Source of the DNA: Candidatus Saccharimonadota bacterium
Lineage (GTDB): Bacteria; Pseudomonadota; Gammaproteobacteria; Enterobacterales; Enterobacteriaceae
Direction of reading: 5' to 3'
NCBI RefSeq assembly: GCF_023585745.1
Contig: NZ_CP097762.1
Location: 600,001 to 632,000 of the forward strand
Length of the DNA stretch: 32,000 nt
Part shown: piece by piece, positions 9,306 through 21,503 of the stretch
Layout: every line of letters starts with the position of its first letter
Position numbering within the stretch: the first letter of the stretch is position 1
Program-made: the position numbers and the translations under genes
Notes under the pieces: model-generated
What the model was told of the DNA's origin: nothing
Databases searched by the model: none
The model's input: only the letters and a program-made list of their open reading frames with translations

Positions 9306-11108
9306 TTAATTATTTTTATTAATATTACATATTTCAAAAAAAATATTATTTGGAAAATTAATATTTCCTATTTTTTTCATACGTTTCTTACCTTCTTTTT
9401 GATTATATAGTAATTTTTTTTTCCGAGTAATATCTCCTCCGTGACATTTCGCTAAAACATTTTTTCTTAACTGTTTAATTATTTCACGAGATATTATTTT
9501 TTTTCCAATAGCAGCTTGAATGACAATATCGAATTGTTGTCTTGGAATTATTTTTTTTAGTTTGTTTATTAACATGCGTCCGTGGGATATAGATTTATCT
9601 TGATGTATTATCGTAGATAGTGTGTCGATGCGTTTTTTATTAATTAATATTTCTACACATACTAAGTTGGCGGTTTGAAAACGATTGAATTTATATTCAA
9701 ATGAAGCATATCCATGTGATATTGATTTTATTTGGTTAAAAAAATCTAATATTATTTCAGATATAGGTAATTCATAAGTTAATATAATCTGAGTATTATA
9801 ATATGATATAGCAATTTGATTTCCTCTTTTTTTCGCGCATAAGGTAATAATTTCTCCAAGGTATTTTTTGGGGAATAATATGTTGCATGAAGCAATAGGT
9901 TCTCTGATTTCTTTAATTTTTTTTAAATCGAGTAATTTTGATGGATTATCTATGTGTATTGTTTTATTGTTATTTGTTAGGACTTCGTAAATTACGCTTG
10001 GGGCCGTAATAATTAAATCAAGTGAATATTCACGTTTTAATCTTTCTTGTATAATTTCCATATGTAATGAACCAAGAAATCCGCATCGATATCCTAGACC
10101 TAAAAATGCTGATCTTTCTGGTTCATAATATAAAGATGCATCATTTAAACTAAGTTTGTAAAGAGCGTTTTGAAAAGTTTTTTGGTCTTTTGACCCAAGC
10201 ACAGGAAATAGACTAGCGTATACATATGGGTTTAATTTTTTAAAACTGTTGCATAATTCTTTTGCAGGACGGTTTAGTAAAGTTAAGGTATCTCCTACAG
10301 GGGTATGTGTAATATTTTTATTAGTACATACCAACCATCCGACTTCTCCGCAATTTAGTACTTTTCTCTTTATTTGTTTTGGAGTAAAAATTCCTATTTG
10401 ATCAACAGTGTATTTTTCTCCTGTATTCATGGATTTTAATATATCGCCTGTACGCAGTTTTCCATTTTTTATACATATCAATGATACAATTCCTAAATAT
10501 TTATTAAACCAAGAATCAATGATGAGTGCTTGTAAAGGAGCGGTTTCGTCTCCATTTGGGTGTGGAATATCATGAATTAAACGTTCTAGTAGTTCTGGAA
10601 CACCTATACCAGTTTTAGCGGAACATTGTATAGTTTCGTTGGAATTTATTCCGATGATATTAAATACTTCTTGGGAAGCCCGAAGAGGGTCTGCGGTTGA
10701 TAAATCAATTTTATTGAGTACTACAATAACTTTTATGTTCATTTTTTTTGCAATTTGGTAATGTGCTATTGTTTGGGCTTCTACTCCTTGTGTAGTATCT
10801 ACTACTAGTAAAGCTCCTTCACATGCCGATAAAGATCTAGAGACTTCATAAGAAAAATCAACGTGCCCAGGAGTATCAATTAGATTTAATGTATAAGTTT
10901 TATTATTTTTAGCAGTATAATGGAGTGTTGCATTTTGAGATTTTATGGTAATACCTCGTTCTCGTTCTAGTTCCATGGAATCTAGTACTTGAGATGTCAT
11001 TTCCCGAGCGCTTAATCCTCCGCAAGTTTGAATAAATCTATCAGATAATGTTGATTTTCCATGATTGATATGTGCGATAATGGAAAAATTTCGTATATAT
11101 GTTATCAT
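9306..11108 (-). CDS. lepA: elongation factor 4 (LepA)
   Basis: 600 aa; GTPase motifs [18 protein letters not shown]. Full-length colinearity with E. coli LepA (599 aa); lepA-lepB spacing is 18 nt. Confidence 0.97.
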   Translation of the reverse strand: MITYIRNFSIIAHINHGKSTLSDRFIQTCGGLSAREMTSQVLDSMELERERGITIKSQNATLHYTAKNNKTYTLNLIDTPGHVDFSYEVSRSLSACEGALLVVDTTQGVEAQTIAHYQIAKKMNIKVIVVLNKIDLSTADPLRASQEVFNIIGINSNETIQCSAKTGIGVPELLERLIHDIPHPNGDETAPLQALIIDSWFNKYLGIVSLICIKNGKLRTGDILKSMNTGEKYTVDQIGIFTPKQIKRKVLNCGEVGWLVCTNKNITHTPVGDTLTLLNRPAKELCNSFKKLNPYVYASLFPVLGSKDQKTFQNALYKLSLNDASLYYEPERSAFLGLGYRCGFLGSLHMEIIQERLKREYSLDLIITAPSVIYEVLTNNNKTIHIDNPSKLLDLKKIKEIREPIASCNILFPKKYLGEIITLCAKKRGNQIAISYYNTQIILTYELPISEIILDFFNQIKSISHGYASFEYKFNRFQTANLVCVEILINKKRIDTLSTIIHQDKSISHGRMLINKLKKIIPRQQFDIVIQAAIGKKIISREIIKQLRKNVLAKCHGGDITRKKKLLYNQKEGKKRMKKIGNINFPNNIFFEICNINKNN

Positions 11109-11398
11109 AGTAAGTTTTTTAAAATAAATTATGTAGTTTTAATAAAGCTTTTTATTAATTTATATATTTCAATATATTTAAAATCGAGTATATAAATACT
11201 TTTAAGTATGTAAATAATATTTATTACATTAAAAAAAAATTTATTCTTGTGTGTATATCTTTATAAATAAAAATAATTTTTTGGTAACTTGCGTTAAGTT
11301 TGTAGATTTTATAATTTTCATAAATTTTACTATATTTACAGAATTTCTTATATATTATAAGAATATAATTTTTTAGATTATTTAGTGAGAATTGTGTA

Positions 11399-12069
11399 AT
11401 GAGACAAGAATTAACTTGGAAATATTTTTTATCAGAAGAAAAGAAAATGTCTTATTTTAAGAATATATTTTTTTTTTAAGAGAACAACAGAATAAAGGTA
11501 TTATAATATATCCGAAACAGAAAGATATTTTTAATGCATTTCGATGGACTAGTTTTAAATCTACAAAGGTTGTAATTATAGGACAAGATCCTTACCATGG
11601 TCCTAATCAAGCGCATGGTCTTGCTTTTTCTGTATTACCCAATGTTTCATTACCTCCTTCACTAAAAAATATTTATACAGAATTATCTTCTGATATTCCA
11701 GATATAGTAATTCCACGTCATGGACATTTAAAATGTTGGGCGCAGGAAGGGGTATTATTGCTTAATAGCATTTTAACTGTTGAAAATGGTAAAAGCGGAT
11801 CACATGCTAATATTGGATGGGAGATTTTTACAGATAAAGTTATTAGTGTACTGAATTCTTATAAAGAAAATATTGTATTTATGTTATGGGGTCAGTATGC
11901 TCAGAAGAAGGGGCGTTTTCTTAATAAAAGCAGACACCATGTGTTAATGGCATCACATCCATCCCCTATATCTGCGCAAAAAGGATTTTTAGGATGTCGT
12001 CATTTTTCTATTGCTAATATGTTTTTATTAAAAAAAAATAAAAAAATCATTGATTGGCAACCTAAATAG
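11399..12069 (+). pseudogene. ung: uracil-DNA glycosylase, interrupted by a 1-nt frameshift in a T10 tract
   Basis: ATG 11399 gives [26 protein letters not shown], with the stop at 11477-11479. The other frame, open from 11461, continues ...[48 protein letters not shown] to 12069. Together they match E. coli Ung over its whole length. The track ORF 11758..12069 is only the distal part, starting at an internal TTG. Confidence 0.85.
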
Positions 12070-12325
12070 GAATTTTTTATTATGCAGTAATAAATAGACT
12101 CTAATTTTTCAGAAAACACCCCTATTACTACATAACGTGAATAAATATACTATATAAAATATTTATTTTTTAGTTTGTTTCATTTGAAAAAAATATTTTG
12201 TTATTCACGCATCAATATATAACTCATAGTATTTACAATACTAATACCATTTAGTTATATATAGCACATGTAATAAATACATATACGTATATTTATTATT
12301 TAATTTTTTATAATGCATCATATAT

Positions 12326-12904
12326 TCAGCATTTTTTTTGTGAAACTGTTACCATAGCTGGTCTAATTAATCGATTATTAAGAGAGTATCCTTTTTGAAT
12401 AATCGTTAATACTTGGTTTGATTCGTGATCTGGAGATTCTACTATAGATATTGCTTGATGTATATCTGGGTTAAATGGCACAAGAATATCTTGTATAGGT
12501 TTTAATCCGAATTTATATACTGTATCTAAAAATGATTTTAATGTTAATTCAATACCTTCTATTATTGAAGATAGCTCGGTATTTTTTTTATCTGTTATAT
12601 TTAATGTACGCTCTAGATTGTCAATGACCGGCAACAGTTCAAATATAAATCTTTCTAATCCAAATTTATGTATCTTTTCTATTTCGTGAGAATTTCTGCG
12701 ACGAATATTTTCTATTTCCGCTTTAAGACGTAATACTATATCGCGTTCATGTTCTTTTAATTGAGCTAATTGAATTTTTAATTTAATAATTTGTTCATTT
12801 TTTGGATCAATAATATTTTCTACAGTTTGTTTAGATTCTGTAAGTTCTTCTTTATCTGTTTTTGGTAATATTTCAGTAGTATTTTTTACGTTATTATTAA
12901 GCAT
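12326..12904 (-). CDS. grpE: nucleotide exchange factor GrpE
   Basis: 192 aa; coiled-coil N-terminal half and conserved C-terminal block (RPAMVTVS). GGAG SD upstream; position next to nadK as in E. coli. Confidence 0.9.
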   Translation of the reverse strand: MLNNNVKNTTEILPKTDKEELTESKQTVENIIDPKNEQIIKLKIQLAQLKEHERDIVLRLKAEIENIRRRNSHEIEKIHKFGLERFIFELLPVIDNLERTLNITDKKNTELSSIIEGIELTLKSFLDTVYKFGLKPIQDILVPFNPDIHQAISIVESPDHESNQVLTIIQKGYSLNNRLIRPAMVTVSQKKC

Positions 12905-12925
12905 GAATTTTCTCCTTTTTTGTAG

Positions 12926-12940
12926 ATCATATGTTCTATA
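12926..12940 (-). repeat. copy of the shared 5' element (TATAGAACATATGAT) in the grpE leader
   Basis: + strand atcatatgttctata. 14/15 identical to the rnc copy; lies 8 nt downstream of the candidate -10 hexamer and 21 nt upstream of the grpE ATG. Confidence 0.45.
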
Positions 12941-12948
12941 ATGCAGTT

Positions 12949-12977
12949 ATTATAAGGATGAATAATAGGTATTCAAG
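12949..12977 (-). promoter_or_regulatory. candidate grpE promoter (reads as either sigma70 or sigma32 type)
   Basis: Minus strand: cTTGAAT-16 nt-TATAAT. The same bases also fit the heat-shock pattern CTTGAA-N14-CCTTATAA (consensus CTTGAAA-N13/14-CCCCATNT). Hexamer matches are cheap in AT-rich DNA. Confidence 0.3.
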
Positions 12978-13032
12978 ATATCATTTATAATGAATAACAG
13001 TTATAACCAAAACAGAAAGGATTCATAATTAT

Positions 13033-13923
13033 ATGACTTCTTCTATTTTTAATACTATTGGTATTATAGGATATTCTCGATATCCGAAAGTTATACATAC
13101 GTATAATATTTTATATAATTGGTTATGTAATCAAGGTATCACCGTGATGATTGAACATCATACCGCTGATTTGTTAAATACACAAAAAATACCGAAAGTA
13201 ATTATAGGTGATCTTAATGAAATTGGGAATCATGCTGATTTAGCGATAGTTGTAGGAGGAGATGGTAATATGTTGAGAGCTGCAAATATTTTGGCACAAC
13301 ATGATATTAAAGTGATTGGCATTAATAGAGGCACTCTTGGTTTTCTTACTGATTTAGATCCTAATTCAGCATTGTTGGATTTATCTGATATGCTATCAGG
13401 TAATTTTATTAATGAAAAGCGTTTTTTATTAGATGTTATAATAGATTGCTATAATAATACTATTAGATTAGGTAGTGCGATGAATGAAGTCATTTTACAT
13501 ACAAGTGCTGTGGGGCGTATGATTGAATTTGAATTGTATATTGATGATAATTTTACTTTTTCTCACAGAGCTGACGGATTAATTATTGCTACTCCTACTG
13601 GATCAACTGCTTATGCTTTATCTGCCGGAGGACCTATTTTAAGCCCTTCAGTCGATGCAATTGTATTAGTATCTATATGTCCGCATACTTTGTCGTTTAG
13701 ACCGGTAGTAATTGGTAGCTCAAGTGTAATTTGTTTGAAGTTTTCGAAGGTTATATCTGAATTAAAAATTGGTTGTGATAATCAAAAACCTATTCTTATA
13801 TGTTCAAAAAAGAATATTTTTATACAGAAAAGTAGGTATTATTTGGATTTAATTCATCCTAATAATTATAATTATTTTAAAATGTTAAATATTAAGCTTG
13901 GTTGGTCAAAAAAGTTTTCTTAA
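13033..13923 (+). CDS. nadK: NAD kinase
   Basis: 296 aa; GGDGNMLRAA, NRGTLGFLTDL, TPTGSTAYALSAGGPI. C-terminus KLGWSKKFS resembles E. coli LGWSKKLF. Confidence 0.93.
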   Translation: MTSSIFNTIGIIGYSRYPKVIHTYNILYNWLCNQGITVMIEHHTADLLNTQKIPKVIIGDLNEIGNHADLAIVVGGDGNMLRAANILAQHDIKVIGINRGTLGFLTDLDPNSALLDLSDMLSGNFINEKRFLLDVIIDCYNNTIRLGSAMNEVILHTSAVGRMIEFELYIDDNFTFSHRADGLIIATPTGSTAYALSAGGPILSPSVDAIVLVSICPHTLSFRPVVIGSSSVICLKFSKVISELKIGCDNQKPILICSKKNIFIQKSRYYLDLIHPNNYNYFKMLNIKLGWSKKFS

Positions 13924-13973
13924 AGAAAAATGTTAGTTTTTTATTAAAAATTTATTAATTGTGGTAAATTTGT

Positions 13974-14324
13974 ATGTCAGAGAATAATACTATGGAGATA
14001 AAAATATTTAATAATTTATTGTATACTATAGTTATAGTAATGATACTTTTCATGGTATTTTCTGTATTGGAACAATGTATATCTAGTTGTATTGATGTTA
14101 GACAAGGTATGTATTTATCTCAAGGAGATATGAAAAATATATGTATTGGTATGAAAAAAAATGAAATTTTTTCTAGTTTTGGGTCACCAGTGATATATAG
14201 TTTATTTGAATCAAATGTATGTTATTATGTGTATTATCACATGTATGGTAATAAGATATTAAATCATCAGATTTTAAAGTTAACATTTGATTTGGATGAT
14301 ATCTTAATAAGGATTAATGATTAA
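13974..14324 (+). CDS. bamE: outer-membrane assembly lipoprotein BamE (SmpA)
   Basis: 116 aa; hydrophobic signal, lipobox-like ISSC, then DVRQGMYL / IGMKKNEIFSSFGSP / LKLTF matching E. coli DINQGNYL / VGMTQQQVAYALGTP / LTLTF. Confidence 0.8.
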   Translation: MSENNTMEIKIFNNLLYTIVIVMILFMVFSVLEQCISSCIDVRQGMYLSQGDMKNICIGMKKNEIFSSFGSPVIYSLFESNVCYYVYYHMYGNKILNHQILKLTFDLDDILIRIND

Positions 14325-14381
14325 TTTTTATATAAAAATTGTTTATTTTATATACTACAAGAACAGATATTGACTAATAAT

Positions 14382-14840
14382 TTAATTTTTTTTAACAAAT
14401 AATTTTTTGTGACCGTATATTGTATTAGCTCTAGATATAAAAGAGTTCATTATGTTTTTATACTTTTCTTGGAAGATATTTTGGAAAAGCTTTTCAATAA
14501 ATATTGATTTGAATTCATAATAAGAAATGTATGTAATTTTAGTGATAGTAGTAGTAACGGGAATGAAATTCCAGTGTCCATAGAATGATTTAAATGGACC
14601 TTTTATTAAAAGAATTATAATGCTTTTATTTTCTATGAAGTAATTATGAGTTATTAAAGAAATTACGATTCCGTTTGTGGTTATATGCATTTCTGCGATT
14701 AATTCATTGTTACTTTTTTTTAAAATTGTACTAAGACAACATCCAGGTAAAAATTTAGTATAAGAACTAACATCATTTACTAGATGAAACATTTGTTTTA
14801 TATTATATGGTGCTAATAAAAAACATTCTATATTAGGCAT
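14382..14840 (-). CDS. ratA: SRPBCC-family protein RatA/YfjG (PasT, Coq10-like)
   Basis: 152 aa; APYNIKQMFHLVNDVSSYTKFLPGC aligns with E. coli VPYSAEQMYQLVNDVQSYPQFLPGC. Conserved position between bamE and smpB. Confidence 0.8.
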   Translation of the reverse strand: MPNIECFLLAPYNIKQMFHLVNDVSSYTKFLPGCCLSTILKKSNNELIAEMHITTNGIVISLITHNYFIENKSIIILLIKGPFKSFYGHWNFIPVTTTITKITYISYYEFKSIFIEKLFQNIFQEKYKNIMNSFISRANTIYGHKKLFVKKN

Positions 14841-14967
14841 ATGTGATATTTATATAGTGAAATCTGTATTAGTTAGTATATGTAAAATTTTAACATTTAG
14901 AGTATAAGTTTTGATAAATATTACATCAATAATATTTTTTTTGAAATAGAAAAATTTTAGCAGTCTT

Positions 14968-15438
14968 ATGAATAGATTAATTTTAAAAAAAATTACTCAA
15001 AATACACGTATTTATCATAAATATTTTATTGAAAAAAAAATTGAATCCGGTATTGCATTATTAGGATGGGAAGTAAAATCTGCGCGTTTTAATAGAGTTG
15101 CAATTGATAATTGTTATGTATCTGTTTGTAACGCAGAAGCTTATGTGTATAATGCTGTGTTTCAATCAAATAAAATTCAATATGATAACGGGATATATAA
15201 TACAATTCGGGTGCGTAAATTATTGCTAAAGAAACATGAAATATTATTTTTGATGGAAAAAGTTGCACAACAAGGTTACACTGTGGTAGTTTTAGATTTG
15301 TATTGGAAGAATTCTTGGATAAAACTGACCATTGGTATTGCTAAAGGGAAAAAACAGCATGACAAAAGAAATGCAATAATTATGCAAGATTGGAATAGGG
15401 AAAAAATGCGTATCATGAAATACAAATATGTTAAATAA
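14968..15438 (+). CDS. smpB: SsrA-binding protein
   Basis: 156 aa; GWEVKS, RKLLLKKHE, YWKNSWIKLTIGIAKGKKQHDKR. Confidence 0.95.
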   Translation: MNRLILKKITQNTRIYHKYFIEKKIESGIALLGWEVKSARFNRVAIDNCYVSVCNAEAYVYNAVFQSNKIQYDNGIYNTIRVRKLLLKKHEILFLMEKVAQQGYTVVVLDLYWKNSWIKLTIGIAKGKKQHDKRNAIIMQDWNREKMRIMKYKYVK

Positions 15439-15512
15439 ATAAAGTTCGTGCAAAGGGTTAGTATTTGTGTTAGAATTAAAAAGATTTTTTTATGGAATTT
15501 TAATTAAAAATT

Positions 15513-15912
15513 GGGGCTGATTTTTGGATTCGACGGGATGTTGAATATTTAGAGCGCATGTCGAGGTGAGGTAGGCCTCGTAAAAAACCTCAAAAAAATA
15601 ATTGCAAATAATCGTTCATATAATGGATCCGTTGCCTTGGCAGCCTAAGTCAGATTAATACTCTGAGGGTTCCCTTTCTTGTTTTAGTATTTACTCTTAG
15701 ATATTAAAAGATTTCTTAAGAAAGGTTATAGAGATAAGAGGAAGCGTTATTGTTTGTTTGCTTTAACACATAGCGTTTTTTTGAAAAGCTAATTAGTTTA
15801 GTGATTGATCTTAATATATCTAGACTAGTGAAATGTTCATTAAGATCTAAGCATGTAGTTTGCAAAAAATATTAAATATTTCTGGACGCGGGTTCGAATC
15901 CCGCCAGCTCCA
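15513..15912 (+). ncRNA. ssrA: tmRNA (SsrA)
   Basis: 5' GGGGCTGATTTTTGGATTCGACGGGA and 3' GGACGCGGGTTCGAATCCCGCCAGCTCCA match the tRNA-like domain of E. coli ssrA. About 400 nt. The 3' CCA is not encoded (TAT follows). Confidence 0.95.
15604..15648 (+). other. tmRNA tag reading frame: ANNRSYNGSVALAA + TAA
   Basis: gca aat aat cgt tca tat aat gga tcc gtt gcc ttg gca gcc taa, at the position of the E. coli resume codon (GCA AAC GAC...), ending in the canonical ALAA. Confidence 0.8.
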
Positions 15913-16194
15913 TATTAAGTTTTAAATTTATTATTTACAGATAGTAATAATGGTATACATAAAATGTTCGGTATGGTGTTTAAATATTTTTATAAGAAAC
16001 ATAGCAACATTGTTGTGAGGTGTTTTATTTTTTGTTTATAAGTCATTATTTATTTTATTATAAATAGTAGAGTTTATTTTTTTGGTGTTTTGGTGTGTCA
16101 AGTATATCAATAATGTTGATATGGTTATTTATTATTGCGAATAAATTATATTGTGAGATATATAGTTTTTTAGATTTATTTAAAATAAGGTTGT

Positions 16195-16524
16195 ATGGAT
16201 TATTTATATTTGTTTATCGCTGTTCTTTCGGAAGTTGTTGCAACTGCTGCTTTAAAAGAGTCTGATGGTTTTAGTAGATTTTGGCCTATTATTTTGGTAG
16301 TAATAGGCTATTCTGTTTCTTTTATATTATTATCTTTAGTATTACGCACTATACCCATAGGAATAGTATATTCTTGTTGGGCTGGTATGGGGATTGTCTG
16401 CATTACTACGATAGGGTATTTTTTATATAATCAAAAATTAGATAGTATAGTGATTCTTGGAATAGTTTTTATTATTATTGGTATAGTATTAATTAATTTA
16501 TTTTCTGTGGTTAAAAATTATTGA
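16195..16524 (+). CDS. small multidrug resistance (SMR) family transporter, EmrE/QacE-like
   Basis: 109 aa with four hydrophobic segments. Membrane Glu in LSEVVATAALKESDGFSRFWP (compare EmrE LAEVIGTTLMKFSEGFTRLWP), W in YSCWAGMGIV, and GIVLINLFS (EmrE GVLIINLLS). AAGG SD. Confidence 0.85.
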   Translation: MDYLYLFIAVLSEVVATAALKESDGFSRFWPIILVVIGYSVSFILLSLVLRTIPIGIVYSCWAGMGIVCITTIGYFLYNQKLDSIVILGIVFIIIGIVLINLFSVVKNY

Positions 16525-16741
16525 TAAATTTTACTTAAATAAAAAGAATTTTCTATTTTAGTTGTAGAATATCTTAGTGTTAAAGAGTATTGAATGTAGG
16601 GTTGGATATTATTAATTTTTCGATTGTTATTTTAAATTATTTTTTTGGATATTTTGGTTGTTATTTGATTGATATATATTAAGGTTTTTAATTTTATTTG
16701 TTATAAGTATATGTGTTGTTTTAATATAGAAAATATTTTGT

Positions 16742-18142
16742 ATGTTTTTTATGAAAAATAAAAGGTATGATTTTTTAAGTTCTCGTGATGTACATTATCA
16801 GTTTCTTGTAGAATTACCGAAATTAATTCAAAGGACAGATGGTTTTAAAATTTTATATTCTCCTAAGGAGTTTTTTAGTGAGTTATTACTTGCTATTTCT
16901 CAAGCTTACAGGCGTATCTGTTTAGTTGCGTTATATTTGGAAGGTGATCAAGGAGGAAAAAAAGTTTTTGATGCTTTGTTAAGAGTAAAACAAATTCGTC
17001 CTCAAGTTAATATAAAAGTTTTGGTAGATTGGAATCGTGCTCAAAGAAGACGTTTTGGTCCTTATAGGAAAAGTGGAAATGCAACGATAAAAAACGTTGA
17101 TTGGTATGCGGATATTATGAATAAATATCCGCATATGGATATTCCAATTTATGGGATACCGATTAATGTCAATGAAGTTTTGGGAGTATTACATTTAAAA
17201 GGGTTTATTATTGATGATCAAGTATTATATAGTGGCGCTAGTTTGAGCGAGGAATATTTGCATGTGAATGATAAATATCGTTATGATCGGTATCATATCA
17301 TAAGGAATCGAAAATTATCTAGTATTATGTTGAATTATATTGATGAGGAATTATTATCTGCAAAAGTAACAAATAAATTAGGTTGTCGGGATTCTTTAGT
17401 AAATCGCTTGATTAAGCGTAATAATATTCGCTTGTTACGTCGTAATTTACGTCGAGTTTGTTATCGTTATCGAGGTAATAATATTTCTTCTGGGAATTTA
17501 GCTATTGCGCCATTAGTGGGCCTGGGAAAAAATAGTGCTTTAAACAAAGTTATTTATCATTTGATTTCTTCGGTGAAAAATAAAATTGTGTTGTGCACTC
17601 CTTATTTTAATATGCCTAATGTGTTAATGTGTGCTGTTGTTGGAGTTTTACGTCAAAATAAAAAAGTGGAGATTATTGTGGGAGATAAAGTAGCGAATGA
17701 TTTTTTTATCCCTATGAATAAGCCATTTGCTTTGTTTGGTATATTGCCTTATTTGTATGAAGTGAATTTGCGTTTTTTTTTGAAGCAATTACAAGAATAT
17801 ATAGATAATAAACAATTGGAAGTACGTATATGGCAAGAAGGGTGTAATGGTTATCATGTTAAGGGTATTTGGGTGGATGACGAATGGCAATTACTTACTG
17901 GTAATAATCTTAATCCTAGAGCTCTAAGTTTAGACTTAGAGAATGCTTTACTTATTCATGATCCGCGTGGAGTATTGTGTATGCAAAATAATAAAGAATT
18001 GAATATGATTCGTACCCATACGAAATTAGTTATGCATTATACAGTATTACAAAAAATTTCAGATTATCCAGAAAAAATTGGACAATTGTTATCTAACATG
18101 CATAAAATAAGATTTGATAAATTAATAAATAGAGTTTTATAA
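16742..18142 (+). CDS. pssA: phosphatidylserine synthase (PLD superfamily)
   Basis: 466 aa; two HKD motifs (HLKGFIIDD, HVKGIWVDD), DKYRYDRYHIIRNRK, TPYFN. Colinear with E. coli PssA. The true start could be the ATG at 16751. Confidence 0.93.
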   Translation: MFFMKNKRYDFLSSRDVHYQFLVELPKLIQRTDGFKILYSPKEFFSELLLAISQAYRRICLVALYLEGDQGGKKVFDALLRVKQIRPQVNIKVLVDWNRAQRRRFGPYRKSGNATIKNVDWYADIMNKYPHMDIPIYGIPINVNEVLGVLHLKGFIIDDQVLYSGASLSEEYLHVNDKYRYDRYHIIRNRKLSSIMLNYIDEELLSAKVTNKLGCRDSLVNRLIKRNNIRLLRRNLRRVCYRYRGNNISSGNLAIAPLVGLGKNSALNKVIYHLISSVKNKIVLCTPYFNMPNVLMCAVVGVLRQNKKVEIIVGDKVANDFFIPMNKPFALFGILPYLYEVNLRFFLKQLQEYIDNKQLEVRIWQEGCNGYHVKGIWVDDEWQLLTGNNLNPRALSLDLENALLIHDPRGVLCMQNNKELNMIRTHTKLVMHYTVLQKISDYPEKIGQLLSNMHKIRFDKLINRVL

Positions 18143-18196
18143 AAATTTTATTTATTATTACTAATATTTTAGTTTAGTTAGAATGGGTATTGGAGA

Positions 18197-18230
18197 TTAT
18201 CGATCATAATTCACATATTATGATCGATAA
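18197..18230. repeat. perfect 14-bp hairpin between the pssA stop and the 23S 3' processing stem (possible operon-end or processing element)
   Basis: ttatcgatcataat / tcacat / attatgatcgataa. No U-tract follows it on either strand, so it is not a canonical intrinsic terminator. Confidence 0.35.
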
Positions 18231-18252
18231 CTAAAAAAATCTAAGAATTGCG

Positions 18253-18261
<9 letters not shown>
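18231..18261 (-). promoter_or_regulatory. 3' half of the pre-23S processing stem (RNase III-type)
   Basis: 31 nt perfectly complementary to 21291-21321. It includes helix 1 of mature 23S plus about 22 bp of flanking precursor sequence. Confidence 0.8.
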
Positions 18262-21290
<3,029 letters not shown>

Positions 21291-21298
<8 letters not shown>

Positions 21299-21321
21299 TC
21301 GCAATTCTTAGATTTTTTTAG
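21291..21321 (-). promoter_or_regulatory. 5' half of the pre-23S processing stem
   Basis: Perfect complement of 18231-18261. Confidence 0.8.
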
Positions 21322-21423
21322 ATTCATTACCATGAATATGGTCTTATTTACATTTACATTCATTTAAATGTAAATATTATCCACATTTATGTTTTAATGT
21401 TAAGTTATAAGCATTTATCTTGA

Positions 21424-21436
21424 TTGTTAAAGAGCA
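21424..21436 (-). promoter_or_regulatory. spacer boxA antitermination element
   Basis: The minus strand reads TGCTCTTTAACAA, an exact match to the E. coli rrn boxA consensus. It is placed between tRNA-Glu and 23S, as in E. coli. Confidence 0.75.
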
Positions 21437-21503
21437 AAACACTAATTATTTATCTATTTTTATTATTTTATTAATACAGCTAGTATGTTATCACTATATA
21501 TTA

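Noticed and set aside
11758-12069. A stand-alone 103-aa ORF starting at TTG 11758.
   Set aside because: It is the distal third of ung. The same frame is open back to 11461 and continues the Ung alignment, so it is annotated as one frameshifted gene.
15913-16741. A genomic island integrated at ssrA (att duplication, integrase).
   Set aside because: There is no repeat of the ssrA 3' end, no integrase or phage ORF or remnant, and no composition shift that I can see. Only the single SMR gene is present, reported as a low-key finding instead.
18197-18230. The 14-bp hairpin as a canonical bidirectional rho-independent terminator for pssA and the rRNA operon.
   Set aside because: The A7/T7 run is on the wrong side of the stem for both transcription directions, where it is part of the 23S processing stem. 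No U-tract follows the hairpin on either strand. It is kept only as an unexplained hairpin.
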